Shown: one piece after another, positions 8,371 through 15,577 of the stretch
How positions within the stretch are numbered: the first letter of the stretch is position 1
Layout of the letters: every line of letters begins with the position of its first letter
Assembly: GCF_041248615.1 (NCBI RefSeq)
Contig: NZ_CP158426.1
Reading direction: 5' to 3' (one strand)
DNA: 64,000 nucleotides
Source: Escherichia coli
GTDB lineage: Bacteria; Pseudomonadota; Gammaproteobacteria; Enterobacterales; Enterobacteriaceae
Notes under the pieces: model-generated
Told to the model about the DNA's origin: nothing
The model's input: only the letters and a program-made list of their open reading frames with translations
The model's database searches: none
Translations under genes and position numbers: made by a program

Positions 8371-8975
8371 GCGAGAAGCCCAATGCTGCGGGATTGATTG
8401 TATCCGGTGATAAAAACCCGAATTGGAAGGGTGGGAAAATCGAAAAGGTTTGTTCCGTATGTGGCAGGCAATATCAGGTTAAGCGAGCCAACTCATCTTC
8501 AAGGTTCTGCTCACTTCAGTGTGTAGGAATTTCACAGCGAGGCAAGACGGTAAATCGGGAACTAAAGCGAGTATTAAAAATATGCTGCGTATGCGGATCT
8601 TCGTTCTCCGTTTTCTTGAGTCATGAGAAGCGTCATAAATGCTGCTCGAAACAGTGTTCCAACATAATGCGTTCTTCTCTGATGAAGGGGGAAGGAAATC
8701 CAAACTGGTCTGGTGGATTATCGAGATTGCCGTATCCGTGGGATTTCCGAGAAACGAGCAAGAGGGTTATTGAGCGAGATGGTTTTACTTGTCAGAACCC
8801 AGGTTGTGATGGAACAGACAAAAGGCTAACAACTCATCACATCAATTACGACAAGCAAGACTGTCGTCAGGAGAACCTTATTTGCCTTTGTTCGAGCTGT
8901 AACTCGAAGGCTAATTTCGGTCGGCATAAGTGGCAAAAGTTTTATGAATCACTGATGAAAAATAGATCGGCATGA
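8367..8975 (+). CDS. HNH endonuclease with two N-terminal zinc-ribbon-like modules
   Basis: 202 aa; C-terminal HHINYDKQDCRQENLICLCSSCNSKAN (HNH motif); two CxxC...C..C clusters. Confidence 0.7.
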   Translation: MSEKPNAAGLIVSGDKNPNWKGGKIEKVCSVCGRQYQVKRANSSSRFCSLQCVGISQRGKTVNRELKRVLKICCVCGSSFSVFLSHEKRHKCCSKQCSNIMRSSLMKGEGNPNWSGGLSRLPYPWDFRETSKRVIERDGFTCQNPGCDGTDKRLTTHHINYDKQDCRQENLICLCSSCNSKANFGRHKWQKFYESLMKNRSA

Positions 8976-9036
8976 ATCGACGATCTTTTTAGTTATCAAT
9001 GTAATCAATAAGTTATGCGGATAAGCGAGGGTAAAG

Positions 9037-9618
9037 ATGGAAAGTAATATCAAAGGGTTAGTTGCCGCCGGGCATGAGATGGCTTCGGAACTGAAAGCAG
9101 AATGTGGTGCCGTTGATATGCGTAGTGTGGCAAAGCTGATCAGCGATTTGGCAACGCAACTGGAAGTGCAACTGGTGCGTGCTAATGCGCTGGCCGAAGA
9201 CCAACAGAAAGCGATTGAGTCAATTAAGCAGGCTGATTCGGCTGTTAAGTTGGCACACGAGAAGTTTTCGGCGCTGGCAGCGGAGAATGCAAAGCTGAAG
9301 AAGTTCTGCAAAGACGCTGCATTCGATGCCGATTACGAAGCAGAGCTAGGTATGGAGAGAGGTGGATTCAGTGATGCGCTTAACGAAATCAAAACCCCAG
9401 CCACCGATGCTTTCCTGGCTGAAGTGCGGGCGCAGGGCGTGGATGCTGCTATAGAAGCTGCAAAAAATCTGGTGGCCCAAGAATATGAGTATAAGGATTT
9501 CAAAGCGGCGCAGAGTGATTGCTGTATGCACCCTGGTTCAGACCTGGTAGGGAAGGTTGAAATAACTGAGTGGTTAGTTGACTTTGCTGCCCAGCTTCGC
9601 AAAGGAGGCAACCAGTGA
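9037..9618 (+). CDS. Hypothetical coiled-coil protein
   Basis: 193 aa, alanine/glutamate-rich heptad-like stretch; no motif recognised. Confidence 0.45.
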   Translation: MESNIKGLVAAGHEMASELKAECGAVDMRSVAKLISDLATQLEVQLVRANALAEDQQKAIESIKQADSAVKLAHEKFSALAAENAKLKKFCKDAAFDADYEAELGMERGGFSDALNEIKTPATDAFLAEVRAQGVDAAIEAAKNLVAQEYEYKDFKAAQSDCCMHPGSDLVGKVEITEWLVDFAAQLRKGGNQ

Positions 9619-10100
9619 CTGGACATGCAGCAATCCTCGACATGTGCTGTGGCAGTCGCATGTTCTGGTTCGATAAGAATGACGACCGGGCGATATTTAG
9701 CGATATCAGAAAGGAAGAGCACACATTGTGTGATGGACGACGGCTGATAATTAGCCCTGACCTGATAGCAGATTTTCGTGCATTACCATTTGCAGACGCA
9801 TCGTTTCCGGTTGTTGTATTCGACCCTCCGCATCTTGAGCGTGTTGGTGATAACGCTTGGATGGGAAAGAAATATGGACGGCTGAATAAAGATACCTGGC
9901 GTGATGATTTGCAGCAGGGATTTAAAGAAGCCTTTCGTGTGTTGTGGCCATACGGCGTTCTGATTTTTAAATGGAATGAAACGCAAATACCTGTTCGCCA
10001 AATATTGGCACTGACCGACAGAAAGCCTGTTATCGGTCAACGAACAGGAAAGGGTGACAAGACCCACTGGATTATTTTTATGAAGGAGGGCAACCAGTGA
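9615..10100 (+). CDS. Small SAM-dependent DNA methyltransferase (DPPH motif; N6-A or N4-C)
   Basis: 161 aa; motif I-like ILDMCCGSRMF and motif IV VVVFDPPH; GTG start overlapping upstream stop. Confidence 0.55.
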   Translation: MTGHAAILDMCCGSRMFWFDKNDDRAIFSDIRKEEHTLCDGRRLIISPDLIADFRALPFADASFPVVVFDPPHLERVGDNAWMGKKYGRLNKDTWRDDLQQGFKEAFRVLWPYGVLIFKWNETQIPVRQILALTDRKPVIGQRTGKGDKTHWIIFMKEGNQ

Positions 10101-10864
10101 GCAAAATTGACTATCAGGCACTGCGTGAAAAGGCAGAGAAAGCAACGTGTGGTGTGTGGTCGCTCGAATATGGAGAGAGCCGATTTGATTGTGATGATGC
10201 GCTAATTCATCGTGACGTTGTTGGATATCTTCCCATTTGCAGAATTGAAGGAGCGCATCCTGAAAGCGGTTTCGATGAAGATTTCCAGATGGAACAGCAG
10301 GCCAATGCTGAATTTATTGCTGCCTTTAATCCAAAGGTTGCTTTGGCACTACTGGATGAACGGAAAAAAAACCAGCAATACATCAAATCCCGCGACCAGG
10401 AGAACGAGGATATTGCGCTAACGGTAGGGAAGCTGCGCGTTGAGCTGGAAGCAGCAAAAAAGCGCATAGCAGAACTGGAGAAAAGCGAAGAGCAACTCAT
10501 CAACGAGCGTGACCATGCTGAGTCTGCTTTAGCTGATATGTACTTTGCAGCAACCGGGGATAGGCCTGAGTGGAGTAACTGGTTCGGCTTTTCAGATGCC
10601 GTCGATGCCGTAGTTGACAGAATTGCTGATTTAGAAGCTAAACAATGCATTGAAGAGATGAGTAAACAAAGTTGCGAAGCTCGGGAGCGTGATTTGTTTG
10701 AATCATGGGTAATGCATTCAATTTGTATTTCCAAATCGACGCTTGAAGGATTGCGCACCGAAACTGGATACCGTAACGCGACCTTATCAGGAACAGACTT
10801 CAACCGCATGTGGGAACAATGGAAATCTATCCGCGCCGCTGGCATTCGCATCAAAGGAGAGTGA
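10097..10864 (+). CDS. Ead/Ea22-like early protein
   Basis: 255 aa; N-terminus MSKIDYQALREKAEKATCGVW resembles Ea22-like prophage proteins (memory-based); central coiled coil. Confidence 0.5.
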   Translation: MSKIDYQALREKAEKATCGVWSLEYGESRFDCDDALIHRDVVGYLPICRIEGAHPESGFDEDFQMEQQANAEFIAAFNPKVALALLDERKKNQQYIKSRDQENEDIALTVGKLRVELEAAKKRIAELEKSEEQLINERDHAESALADMYFAATGDRPEWSNWFGFSDAVDAVVDRIADLEAKQCIEEMSKQSCEARERDLFESWVMHSICISKSTLEGLRTETGYRNATLSGTDFNRMWEQWKSIRAAGIRIKGE

Positions 10865-10865
10865 T

Positions 10866-11414
10866 ATGACCACTATAACCGATAAGAAACAGTATCCCAG
10901 CGAGCAATATCTTAATGAGCTGATCACCAACATAGAGTTTGCTGCAAGGGCACCAGTTGAAGTCGTGAGAGCGATGGCAGCAGAGCTACAGAAGCGGCGC
11001 GAAGCTGATAGTGCAGAACCTGCAAGTAATCATGAAGAGTTGCCGCTTGATTATCTCCAAGGTCAAAAAGATGGTCTTGAATGGGCTGCGCAGCTTGCAG
11101 AAGCAAATCACCCACAAACTGGCGACTGGCTTTACGATGACCCGCTGGAGCTGGCTAAAGCTATCAGAAAAGGTCCTGACATGCCCGAATTCGATGGACC
11201 AACTCCGGTAACTCCGGATGGTTGGATAAGCTGTAGTGAGCGAATGCCCGCTCAAGATGATTGGATTTTAATTTATTCAAAGCACGGCGAGTATATGGCA
11301 GGACAGGTACAAGGGGAATACGTGGAGTTGAGCGACGGCACTTTATCGTGGTTAGGGAACGCCTTGTACTGGATGCCTCTACCGGAACCGCCGCAGGAGG
11401 TTAACCGTGGCTAA
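10866..11414 (+). CDS. DUF551-like protein
   Basis: C-terminal WISCSERMP...ALYWMPLPEPP resembles DUF551 signature; ATG 10866 immediately after upstream stop (track ORF start 10743 rejected). Confidence 0.5.
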   Translation: MTTITDKKQYPSEQYLNELITNIEFAARAPVEVVRAMAAELQKRREADSAEPASNHEELPLDYLQGQKDGLEWAAQLAEANHPQTGDWLYDDPLELAKAIRKGPDMPEFDGPTPVTPDGWISCSERMPAQDDWILIYSKHGEYMAGQVQGEYVELSDGTLSWLGNALYWMPLPEPPQEVNRG

Positions 11415-11688
11415 CCTGCAACTAGCCGTTAAAGGTGAATACTTCGATGCCATCATTCGCGGAGAGAAAACGGAAGAGTATCGCCTGTGTAATGACTACT
11501 GGAATAAGCGAATTATGTTCAGGGATTATGACCGACTGATTATCACAAAGGGATATCCGAAGCGCGACGACTCCAGTCGTAGAATTGACGTCCCGTATGA
11601 CGGATATGAAATCAAGACAATCACACATCCCCACTTCGGCGATAAACCGGTAAAGGTATACGCGATAAAGGTAAATATTGATGGCTAA
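11407..11688 (+). CDS. ASCH-domain-like protein
   Basis: 93 aa; GEKTEEYR resembles ASCH GxKTxExR motif. Confidence 0.45.
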   Translation: MANLQLAVKGEYFDAIIRGEKTEEYRLCNDYWNKRIMFRDYDRLIITKGYPKRDDSSRRIDVPYDGYEIKTITHPHFGDKPVKVYAIKVNIDG

Positions 11689-12019
11689 ATCAGCAGCAGA
11701 GCGCAAAGCCGCTCAGAGAGCCAGACAAGCTGCATCTGGTGTGCGTAAGCTGGAGATTGTGCTTGATGCTCAGGAAATTGAAATGCTGGAGCGTAACTGC
11801 GCCGCCCGGCGCCCTGGTCGAGATCCCTATGAAATGGCCGAGTACATCGCGCTGCTGATCCGCCAGGATGATGCCCGGGTGCGCGGGCGTATAAAATCGA
11901 TCAGCAGAAAACGTTGCGGTAAGTGCGGCGAGAGAGTTCCAGTTAATTCATGCCCGTGCAATGGTGACTCGCAATGCTGGGTGACTAAAGGCTGGCATGA
12001 AACGAAATTAATAGTGTGA
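11678..12019 (+). CDS. Hypothetical protein with C-terminal Cys cluster (CGKCG...CPCNGDSQC); candidate regulator
   Basis: 113 aa; stop codon TGA lies inside palindrome GTGACATGTCAC; last gene before packaging module. Confidence 0.45.
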   Translation: MMAKSAAERKAAQRARQAASGVRKLEIVLDAQEIEMLERNCAARRPGRDPYEMAEYIALLIRQDDARVRGRIKSISRKRCGKCGERVPVNSCPCNGDSQCWVTKGWHETKLIV

Positions 12020-12027
12020 CATGTCAC
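12016..12027. repeat. 12-bp perfect palindrome GTGACATGTCAC (copy 1 of 3)
   Basis: Exact palindrome read in sequence; overlaps stop of upstream gene; terminator 41 bp downstream. Confidence 0.9.
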
Positions 12028-12068
12028 GAGTAGATTATGCATGATGAATTTGATGTGTTTTGAATACT

Positions 12069-12094
12069 GCCGCCAACTATGGCGGCTTTATTTT
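12069..12094 (+). terminator. Rho-independent terminator between early/middle genes and packaging module
   Basis: Stem GCCGCCA/TGGCGGC, loop ACTA, followed by TTTATTTT. Confidence 0.7.
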
Positions 12095-12105
12095 GCATGG
12101 TACTA

Positions 12106-12120
12106 TTACCACAACGGTAA
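12106..12120. promoter_or_regulatory. Operator-like palindrome TTACCACAACGGTAA upstream of terS (weaker second site 12124-12138)
   Basis: Perfect half-sites, 18 bp upstream of terS ATG. Confidence 0.5.
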
Positions 12121-12137
12121 CTATTACCACGGTGGTT

Positions 12138-12734
12138 ATGATGCCTGCTGAACCTAAAACCTATAAACGCAAATCAACGCAATTTAAGCCACTAACAGCA
12201 ATGCAGGAGGCTTATTGCCAGTCATACATCAAAACGCCTGAAAACCAGACTCAGGCAGCGATTAACGCAGGATTCTCCCCAAATACAGCGGCAGTTAAAG
12301 CCAGTGTCATGATGCGCGATGAACGCATTCAAAAACGGATTGCCGAGTTGATGGAGGAGCGCAACAAACGAATGCGCGTCAGTGCTGATTACGTTCTCAT
12401 GCGCCTGGTGGAGATCGACCAGATGGACGTGATCGATATCCTCAACGACGATGGGAGCCTTAAACCAATCCGTGAGTGGCCGAAAATCTGGCGCACTACG
12501 CTTAGTGGCTTTGATCTGTCATCGACCATCATGAACATGAACGAGGATTCGATAGAGACAATCCTCAAAAAAATTAAATGGCCTGACAAGGTGAAGAACC
12601 TCGAACTGATTGGTAAGCACGTCGACGTCAACGCATTCAAAGAACGCCTGGATGTTAATGTGAATGTGACAATTGCTGATCGCATAGCGGCAGCCAGGAA
12701 GAGACTGAAAGAACGTCAGGATGGCAATCAGTGA
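12138..12734 (+). CDS. Terminase small subunit
   Basis: LTAMQEAYCQSY...QTQAAINAGFSPNTAAVKAS...RIQKRIAEL resembles small-terminase family signature; track start 12060 lies inside terminator hairpin and is rejected. Confidence 0.75.
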   Translation: MMPAEPKTYKRKSTQFKPLTAMQEAYCQSYIKTPENQTQAAINAGFSPNTAAVKASVMMRDERIQKRIAELMEERNKRMRVSADYVLMRLVEIDQMDVIDILNDDGSLKPIREWPKIWRTTLSGFDLSSTIMNMNEDSIETILKKIKWPDKVKNLELIGKHVDVNAFKERLDVNVNVTIADRIAAARKRLKERQDGNQ

Positions 12735-14206
12735 CAGATACAGCGTTATCTCCTGAAGAGCAGTTAATCGAGGATATTGCAGGGTTCACTCACGATCCGC
12801 TTGGCTATGCCCTCTATGCGTTCCCGTGGGGGGAAGAGGGTACTGAACTGGCACATGCCACCGGTCCACGTCAGTGGCAGGCCGATGCGTTCCGAGAGAT
12901 ACGTGATCACCTGCAGAATCCAGAGACGCGATATCAGCCGCTTATGCTGGCACGTGCTTCTGGTCACGGTATTGGTAAATCCGCATTCATCTCAATGCTG
13001 ATCAACTGGGGCATGTCCACTTGCGAGGATTGTAAGGTCGTGGTGACCGCCAACACCGACAACCAGCTACGAACGAAGACCTGGCCGGAAATTATCAAGT
13101 GGTCGAACCTTGCTATCACGAAAGACTGGTTTACCTGTACCGCTACCGCGATGTACAGCAATGACCCTGGGCACGACAAGCGGTGGCGAGCTGACGCAAT
13201 CCCCTGGTCTGAGCACAACACTGAGGCATTCGCCGGACTACACAACGAGCGCAAACGCATCATCGTGGTATTCGACGAAGCATCCAACATTGCCGATCTG
13301 GTGTGGGAGGTAGCAGAGGGTGCGCTGACGGACGAAGACACTGAGATTATCTGGGTGGCATTCGGAAACCCTACACGTAACACCGGGCGTTTCCGCGAAT
13401 GTTTCCGCAAATATAAACACCGCTGGAAAACTGCGCAGATTGACAGCCGGACGGTGGAAGGCACTAACAAACAGCAGTTGCAGAAATGGGTTGATGACTA
13501 CGGGGAAGACAGCGACTTCGTTAAAATCCGTGTGCGCGGCATATTCCCGGATGCATCTGAATTGCAGTTTATCCCTACCGGCCTTACTGACGAGGCAATG
13601 AAACGGGTGGTAACCGCTGCGCAGGTTGCACATGCTCCGGTGATAATCGGCGTTGACCCGGCATACTCCGGCGTTGATGACGCTGTGATATACCTGCGGC
13701 AGGGGCTGCACAGTAAGGTGCTATGGACTGGTAACAAGACCACCGACGATCTGATTATGGCGAAGCGTATCGCTGACTTTGAAGACCAGTACCAGGCTGA
13801 CGCAGTGTTCATCGACTTCGGTTACGGAACTGGTCTGAAGTCAATCGGTGATGGCTGGGGACGTACATGGCAACTTGTTCCGTTCAGCGGTGCGTCCACT
13901 GACCCGCAGATGCTTAACAAGCGTGGGGAGATGTTCAACTCATGCAAGACATGGCTGAGGCTGGGCGGCATGCTGGATGACCAGGAAACAGCAGACGACC
14001 TGTCGGCGGCAGAGTACAAAGTTCGAGTGGACGGTAAAATCGTTATCGAACCGAAGGAAGATATCAAGGAGCGGCTTGGGCGTTCTCCTGGTAAAGGCGA
14101 TGCGCTACTGCTGACGTTTGCGTTCCCTGTGTCGAAGCGTCTGCGAATTCCCGGGCAGCAGAACCAGCAAGGCAAGGCCATCACAGATTACGATCCATAT
14201 GCTTAA
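12731..14206 (+). CDS. Terminase large subunit
   Basis: 491 aa; Walker A-like ARASGHGIGKS; ATPase and nuclease-type layout; overlaps terS stop. Confidence 0.85.
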   Translation: MTDTALSPEEQLIEDIAGFTHDPLGYALYAFPWGEEGTELAHATGPRQWQADAFREIRDHLQNPETRYQPLMLARASGHGIGKSAFISMLINWGMSTCEDCKVVVTANTDNQLRTKTWPEIIKWSNLAITKDWFTCTATAMYSNDPGHDKRWRADAIPWSEHNTEAFAGLHNERKRIIVVFDEASNIADLVWEVAEGALTDEDTEIIWVAFGNPTRNTGRFRECFRKYKHRWKTAQIDSRTVEGTNKQQLQKWVDDYGEDSDFVKIRVRGIFPDASELQFIPTGLTDEAMKRVVTAAQVAHAPVIIGVDPAYSGVDDAVIYLRQGLHSKVLWTGNKTTDDLIMAKRIADFEDQYQADAVFIDFGYGTGLKSIGDGWGRTWQLVPFSGASTDPQMLNKRGEMFNSCKTWLRLGGMLDDQETADDLSAAEYKVRVDGKIVIEPKEDIKERLGRSPGKGDALLLTFAFPVSKRLRIPGQQNQQGKAITDYDPYA

Positions 14207-14280
14207 TCCGCTGGTGGGGATAATACTGCTGATATCCTCTGGTGAGGATAAAACAAAGCCAGCTCATCGGCTGGCTGTTT

Positions 14281-14292
14281 GTGACATGTCAC
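14281..14292. repeat. 12-bp palindrome GTGACATGTCAC (copy 2 of 3)
   Basis: Exact; 4 bp past stop of minus-strand gene 14297..14653 and directly followed (minus orientation) by hairpin AGCCAGC/GCTGGCT plus T-run. Confidence 0.9.
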
Positions 14293-14296
14293 GGTG

Positions 14297-14653
14297 TTAT
14301 TGCTCGCTTAACTTCTGCTTCAGCAAGTAACCTTCGAGCATCCAGATTTTGTTTACAGCATTCTGCCGGGCAATCTTCCGACCAATTTCTGCATCAAAAT
14401 TTTCCGGACTTGCACAGGCACTCTCTCCGGTGACGGTGAAGCCATTCTTCAGTACCAATACGCAGAAAGTCAGGAGGTCTGTAGATTTATGCGCTGTCCA
14501 TGAATCGCCAACACCCATATTGGCAGCACGAATGCCGTCATAAGCAGTAAAGAAATGCTCTTCAAGAATGATGCTTTCGATATATTGAGGCGTAACGCGC
14601 GGTGCCGTTTTGCCTTTCTCAACGATTTCTTTTTCGATTTGCTGGTCGTTCAT
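14297..14653 (-). CDS. Hypothetical moron protein, antisense to virion genes
   Basis: 118 aa ORF with SD AAGGTGAG upstream of ATG; lies between terL and portal on opposite strand with own terminator; family unknown. Confidence 0.5.
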   Translation of the reverse strand: MNDQQIEKEIVEKGKTAPRVTPQYIESIILEEHFFTAYDGIRAANMGVGDSWTAHKSTDLLTFCVLVLKNGFTVTGESACASPENFDAEIGRKIARQNAVNKIWMLEGYLLKQKLSEQ

Positions 14654-14766
14654 AATCTCACCTTAAAAAAATGCCCGGCGAACCTGGCGAACTGGAAGCA
14701 ATGAGTTATGCCTTCCGTGGCTGTACGGGTTTACAGCATGAAGTCATCGCAATGGCGTCCTGCTGT

Positions 14767-14809
14767 AAAAAAGGGCGGTGATAGTCCTTCAAGGGAAACT
14801 ATCACCGCC
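14767..14809 (-). terminator. Rho-independent terminator downstream of tRNA-Arg
   Basis: 12-bp perfect stem GGCGGTGATAGT/ACTATCACCGCC with A-run on plus strand (T-run on minus). Confidence 0.7.
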
Positions 14810-14852
14810 AAGCCCCTGGAACTTCTGGCATCACGGTCCTTAGGCGTGATTC

Positions 14853-14929
14853 TGGCGTGGCATGCAGGATTCGAACCTGCGACCAACCGCTTAGAAGGCG
14901 GTTGCTCTGTCCGACTGAGCTAATGCCAC
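14853..14929 (-). tRNA. tRNA-Arg (anticodon UCU), phage-encoded
   Basis: 77 nt; reverse complement GTGGCATTAGCTCAGTCGGACAGAGCAACCGCCTTCTAAGCGGTTGGTCGCAGGTTCGAATCCTGCATGCCACGCCA; 7-bp acceptor stem, T-loop GGTTCGAATCC, anticodon loop CTTCTAA, encoded CCA; close to E. coli argU in layout. Confidence 0.85.
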
Positions 14930-15251
14930 AACGCTGAGAGCACTTAGCCTGTTAAGGCGCCACACTTTGTCGCGGCTCCATAAATGCTCTCATCGTTGTA
15001 CCCTCGTCTCTTCCGAGGCGTCACACCGAATCGCCGGGATGGTGAATCCCCGTGCGCGGAATAAAACCGCTCGACTTGCACATTCCGGCTACCTGGTTCG
15101 TTTGCCCGAGCAAGGGAGGGTGCCCCTTAAACGTATCCAGACCGCTATCGGCGCATGTGCCATACACCGTACTGCTCAAAATAAAATCTCACTCCACCTG
15201 TTCAATTTAACGACAGGCCAGTCAGGTTAGTAACCGGAATGAACTCTTTGG

Positions 15252-15266
15252 TTACCTGAAAGGTAA
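15252..15266. promoter_or_regulatory. Operator-like palindrome TTACCTGAAAGGTAA upstream of head gene cluster, followed by ATATGTGGTT-N5-GGTAAT (15309-15329)
   Basis: Perfect TTACC-N5-GGTAA; downstream motif shared with tailspike upstream region. Confidence 0.5.
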
Positions 15267-15356
15267 TAATTTGTGCGTTAAATGTCAACTGTCTACGATA
15301 AATAAATCATATGTGGTTAAATTGGTAATAATTTAATTGCGTACGGAGTCATTGAT

Positions 15357-15563
15357 ATGTGCATGGGTAGCTCACCATCAGTGCCTGCAACACCAGAAGT
15401 TCAGGCAGCACCACAGGAGCAGGATGCCGCCGTTGTTGATGCCCGCGACGAAGAAACTCGTCGCCGTCGCGCTGCTGCTGGTCGTAGTTCTACGCTGCTT
15501 ACCGGTTCTCAGGGCGACACATCAACCGCTAATACCAGCGGTAAAACGCTGCTTGGTCAGTAA
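15357..15563 (+). CDS. Small Ala/Arg-rich head-module protein
   Basis: 68 aa; shares translation initiation context CGGAGTCATTGA(T/A)ATG with portal gene. Confidence 0.4.
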   Translation: MCMGSSPSVPATPEVQAAPQEQDAAVVDARDEETRRRRAAAGRSSTLLTGSQGDTSTANTSGKTLLGQ

Positions 15564-15577
15564 CCGGAGTCATTGAA

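Noticed and set aside
12060-12137. Longer start for terS (track ORF from 12060)
   Set aside because: The extension runs through the terminator hairpin and operator site; ATG 12138 fits the conserved small-terminase N-terminus better
14798-14809. TATCACCGCC, identical to a lambda OR1 half-site
   Set aside because: Forms one arm of the tRNA terminator stem; single occurrence with no partner half-site; taken as coincidence
14708-15230. Plus-strand ORFs 14708..14923 and 14967..15230
   Set aside because: First overlaps the tRNA and its terminator antisense; second has no RBS and an implausible composition; region treated as non-coding
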